NCBI GenBank assembly: GCA_001004005.1
Contig: LCQF01000023.1
Location: forward strand, 1-53,116
DNA: 53,116 nucleotides
Direction: 5' to 3'
From: Parcubacteria group bacterium GW2011_GWA2_49_9
GTDB taxonomy: Bacteria > Patescibacteriota > Minisyncoccia > Phycocordibacterales > UBA10002
The first letter of the stretch is position 1. Every line of letters starts with the position of its first letter. The position numbers were made by a program, and so were the translations under genes. Below are positions 51,065-53,116 of the stretch, piece after piece. A model generated the notes under the pieces. That model searched no databases and had not been told where the DNA came from. It saw only the letters and a program-made list of their open reading frames with translations.

Positions 51065-51104
51065 CCCCGTAGTGAATCGAGTCTTCAAGATTCTACTACT
51101 GGGG
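51065..51104. repeat. Short CCCCGTAGTGA...CTACTACTGGGG hairpin
   Basis: ccccgtagtgaatcgagtcttcaagattctactactgggg. Near-identical arms to the copy inside the YraN gene (50590-50629). Confidence 0.75.
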
Positions 51105-51138
51105 TTCTCGGCTCCCCGAAAATATTTCTTTTTGAGCT

Positions 51139-51543
51139 ATGAGAAAAAAAATTGTCTACAATCAACCGCTGGAAAAACAGATTGGTTTTTCACGAGCTGT
51201 GCGGGTAGGAAATATCATCGCGGTTAGTGGAACGGCTCCGATTGCCGTTGATGGTTCTGTGACAACCCCGGGGGATGTGTATGGACAAACGAAACGTTGT
51301 TTGGAGATTATCAAAGATGTGATTGAGAAAACGGGCGGGAACATTACAGACGTGATTCGCACCCGGATTTTCCTTACCGACATTGAAGAGTGGAAAAAGG
51401 CTGCAGAAGCGCACGGGGAATATTTCTCTGAAACCCAGCCAGCCTGTACCTTCGTGGAGGTATCGCGTTTTATACATCCAGAGTGGCTTATAGAGATTGA
51501 GGCTGATGCGGTAATCAGTCCCGACAATGAAGATCATCATTAA
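51139..51543 (+). CDS. RidA/YjgF-family (Rid) protein
   Basis: RVGNIIAVSGTAPI...VYGQTKRCLEIIKDVIEKTGGNITDVIRTRIFLTDI...IEIEADAVI. Confidence 0.8.
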   Translation: MRKKIVYNQPLEKQIGFSRAVRVGNIIAVSGTAPIAVDGSVTTPGDVYGQTKRCLEIIKDVIEKTGGNITDVIRTRIFLTDIEEWKKAAEAHGEYFSETQPACTFVEVSRFIHPEWLIEIEADAVISPDNEDHH

Positions 51544-52285
51544 CAACCTGGCGGTTGAGTATGAAGACGCCGGCAAAGGACCGGTGATGCTCCTTTTACA
51601 CGGTTGGATGACCAGTTTGCATACCTTTGATGGGGTAACCCCGCTTCTTTCAGGTACTTTCCGGATGGTACGGCTTGATTTGCCGGGGTTTGGTGGGAGT
51701 GAAGCGCCGAAAGAGTCTTGGGGGGTGGGGGACTATGTTCAGTTTGTAAAGTCTTTCTGCGGCAAACTCGGTATTCAGCCCGACGTACTGGTCGGTCATT
51801 CATTCGGAGGACGCGTGATTCTGAAAGGAGTATCGGAGGGGGCACTTACCGCACAAAAACTGGTGCTTATTGCATCAGCGGGACTGAAAACGCACAAGAG
51901 TAAGGCGAAATTGTTTTTGGTAGCCTCAAAAATAGGGAAAATGGGTCTCGTCTTCTTACCCAACGGTATTCAAGAGCGGCTTCGCCGGAAGCTGTATGGG
52001 ATGGCTGGGAGTACCGATTATCTGGATATTTCCTCGCCGGTCATGAAAGAAACCTTTCTCCGGTCTACGAAAGAGGATTTAGCTGACTCGGCACAGAGGA
52101 TACAGTCCCCGACCCTGCTTATCTGGGGGCGAAACGACATAGTTACTCCGCTTTCAGATGGAAAACGCTTGCAAGCATTGATTTTCGGTTCCAAACTTGA
52201 GGTTATAGACGATGCGGCGCACTTTGTGCATGAGGAAAATCCGGAGGAAGTGGCAGATTTAATTAAAAAGTTCATTCTTAGGTAA
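51527..52285 (+). CDS. Alpha/beta-fold hydrolase
   Basis: LLLHGW, nucleophile elbow GHSFGG, C-terminal ...DAAHFVHEENPEE. Confidence 0.8.
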   Translation: MKIIINNLAVEYEDAGKGPVMLLLHGWMTSLHTFDGVTPLLSGTFRMVRLDLPGFGGSEAPKESWGVGDYVQFVKSFCGKLGIQPDVLVGHSFGGRVILKGVSEGALTAQKLVLIASAGLKTHKSKAKLFLVASKIGKMGLVFLPNGIQERLRRKLYGMAGSTDYLDISSPVMKETFLRSTKEDLADSAQRIQSPTLLIWGRNDIVTPLSDGKRLQALIFGSKLEVIDDAAHFVHEENPEEVADLIKKFILR

Positions 52286-52288
52286 GTC

Positions 52289-52350
52289 TGTCATCCTCGC
52301 GAACGCGGGGATCCAGGAGAACTGGATTCCAATTTTCATTGGAATGACAC
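52289..52350. mobile_element. MITE-like element, TGTCATYCC family (short copy D)
   Basis: tgtcatcctcgcgaacgcggggatccaggagaactggattccaattttcattggaatgacac. Confidence 0.55.
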
Positions 52351-52356
52351 AACTAC

Positions 52357-53116
52357 ATGCAGACCACCCTCAAAAATTTCATTTCTCGCTACCACCCGCG
52401 CTCTATCCGCTCGCTCGTCTATATGGCACAGCAGAGCGAATACCACCCGCGGGAATTTTTGAAGTGGCTCTGGCGCACCGGCGATTTTCTGCGTGTTGAA
52501 CAGCGCAAAACGCTCGTCAAGACGCCAAAAGCACTACTCTTTCTCGCCGCCCTCTATCTTTTCGCGATTCTTTGGTTTGCGTTCACTCTTTGGGTGCTTT
52601 TGGTGGGAGTGGTATGGTGGAAGTATCTTGTCTTTCTTCTCATACTAGCACCAATACAAGATACAACAATGTTACTTATCACATTAGGAATACTCTTTGC
52701 TCTTAATCACACTTACTCATTCATAAAAAATTCTGTTGAAGATGGTTATATGAGTGCTAAAGCTGAAAAGGAATATTACCATATCATTGAAGAAACTGCT
52801 GATGGTCTTGGTAGAAATCCTAGGCGTTCAGTAAGGTGGTTAGAAAGATTAATTGTTCACTTTGATACTACCCCTGAAATTCAACATCAAAGACAAATAG
52901 AAAGAGGAGATTCATTAGAAAAAGTAATTCCTATAAAATATCTTACTGCATTAAATAAACTTAATGAAAATTATGTTTTTGCAACTGATTCAGCGTATAA
53001 TGATCGTGGTGAGCTTTTGCCTAAATCAGAAAGAATTGATGTGTATAAAGAATTTAATTTAATACCTCCAGCAGTTATGAGATTGCCTAGTGGTGTTCAT
53101 TTTGGTGATTCGCCTA
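52357..53116 (+). CDS. Partial ORF running off the window. The N-terminal ~95 aa resemble the membrane N-extension of CPR Mur-ligase-like proteins; the remainder is low-GC sequence of unknown type
   Basis: ATG 52357. Manual translation MQTTLKNFISRYHPRSIRSLVYMAQQSEYHPREFLKWLWRTGDFLRVEQRKTL..., two TM helices, no stop up to 53116. GC falls sharply after ~52640. Confidence 0.5.
   Translation, partial: MQTTLKNFISRYHPRSIRSLVYMAQQSEYHPREFLKWLWRTGDFLRVEQRKTLVKTPKALLFLAALYLFAILWFAFTLWVLLVGVVWWKYLVFLLILAPIQDTTMLLITLGILFALNHTYSFIKNSVEDGYMSAKAEKEYYHIIEETADGLGRNPRRSVRWLERLIVHFDTTPEIQHQRQIERGDSLEKVIPIKYLTALNKLNENYVFATDSAYNDRGELLPKSERIDVYKEFNLIPPAVMRLPSGVHFGDSP

Overview
The gene content suggests a chromosomal origin-of-replication neighbourhood from a small-genome bacterium, probably a CPR/Patescibacteria (Parcubacteria-like) lineage; that taxonomic call is inference only. 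All calls come from reading motifs in the supplied translations and the DNA by eye. No database search was run.

Layout:
- Origin core: tyrS, a class A PBP, then dnaN<-dnaA | rpmH->rnpA->yidC->jag, with DnaA-box clusters on both sides of dnaA.
- 10.7-29.3 kb: a co-directional minus-strand block encoding a type-IV-secretion-like apparatus. It has a VirB4 ATPase, a VirB4-N-domain-like protein, a PrgI/VirB3-like protein, a VirB6/TrbL-like protein and a T4SS-pilin-like protein. It also has several secreted or membrane proteins, including an 883-aa discoidin-domain protein. I see no relaxase, coupling protein or integrase.
- Remainder: housekeeping genes (rsmA, pcrA/uvrD, LysM-M23 peptidase, comM, dksA-like, pnp, rpsO, cca, three tRNAs), a RelE-type toxin-antitoxin pair, and a lower-GC tRNA-flanked islet.

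The most unusual property is the load of structured repeats:
1. At least ~30 copies of a GC-rich two-hairpin unit, whose variable stem changes by compensatory substitutions. It forms tandem arrays and also sits in-frame inside conserved genes.
2. Low-complexity, locus-specific inverted repeats that fill intercistronic gaps almost exactly from stop codon to next start codon.
3. Four small nuclease-like or 23S-IVS-type genes (a four-helix-bundle protein, two GxxExxY-like PD-(D/E)XK proteins, a DUF559 protein), each sitting in the loop of such an inverted repeat.
4. A TGTCATYCC...GGAATGACA MITE-like family.
5. A 120-bp TA-flanked MITE whose precise removal restores an ORF6N gene.
6. A CCCGTAGTGA hairpin family that places an identical 17-nt sequence directly against the ATG of both dnaN and yidC.

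Three apparent 1-nt frameshifts were also seen (two of them at 5-nt G/C runs), plus a candidate c-di-AMP-type riboswitch leader and a sharp GC drop inside the last ORF.
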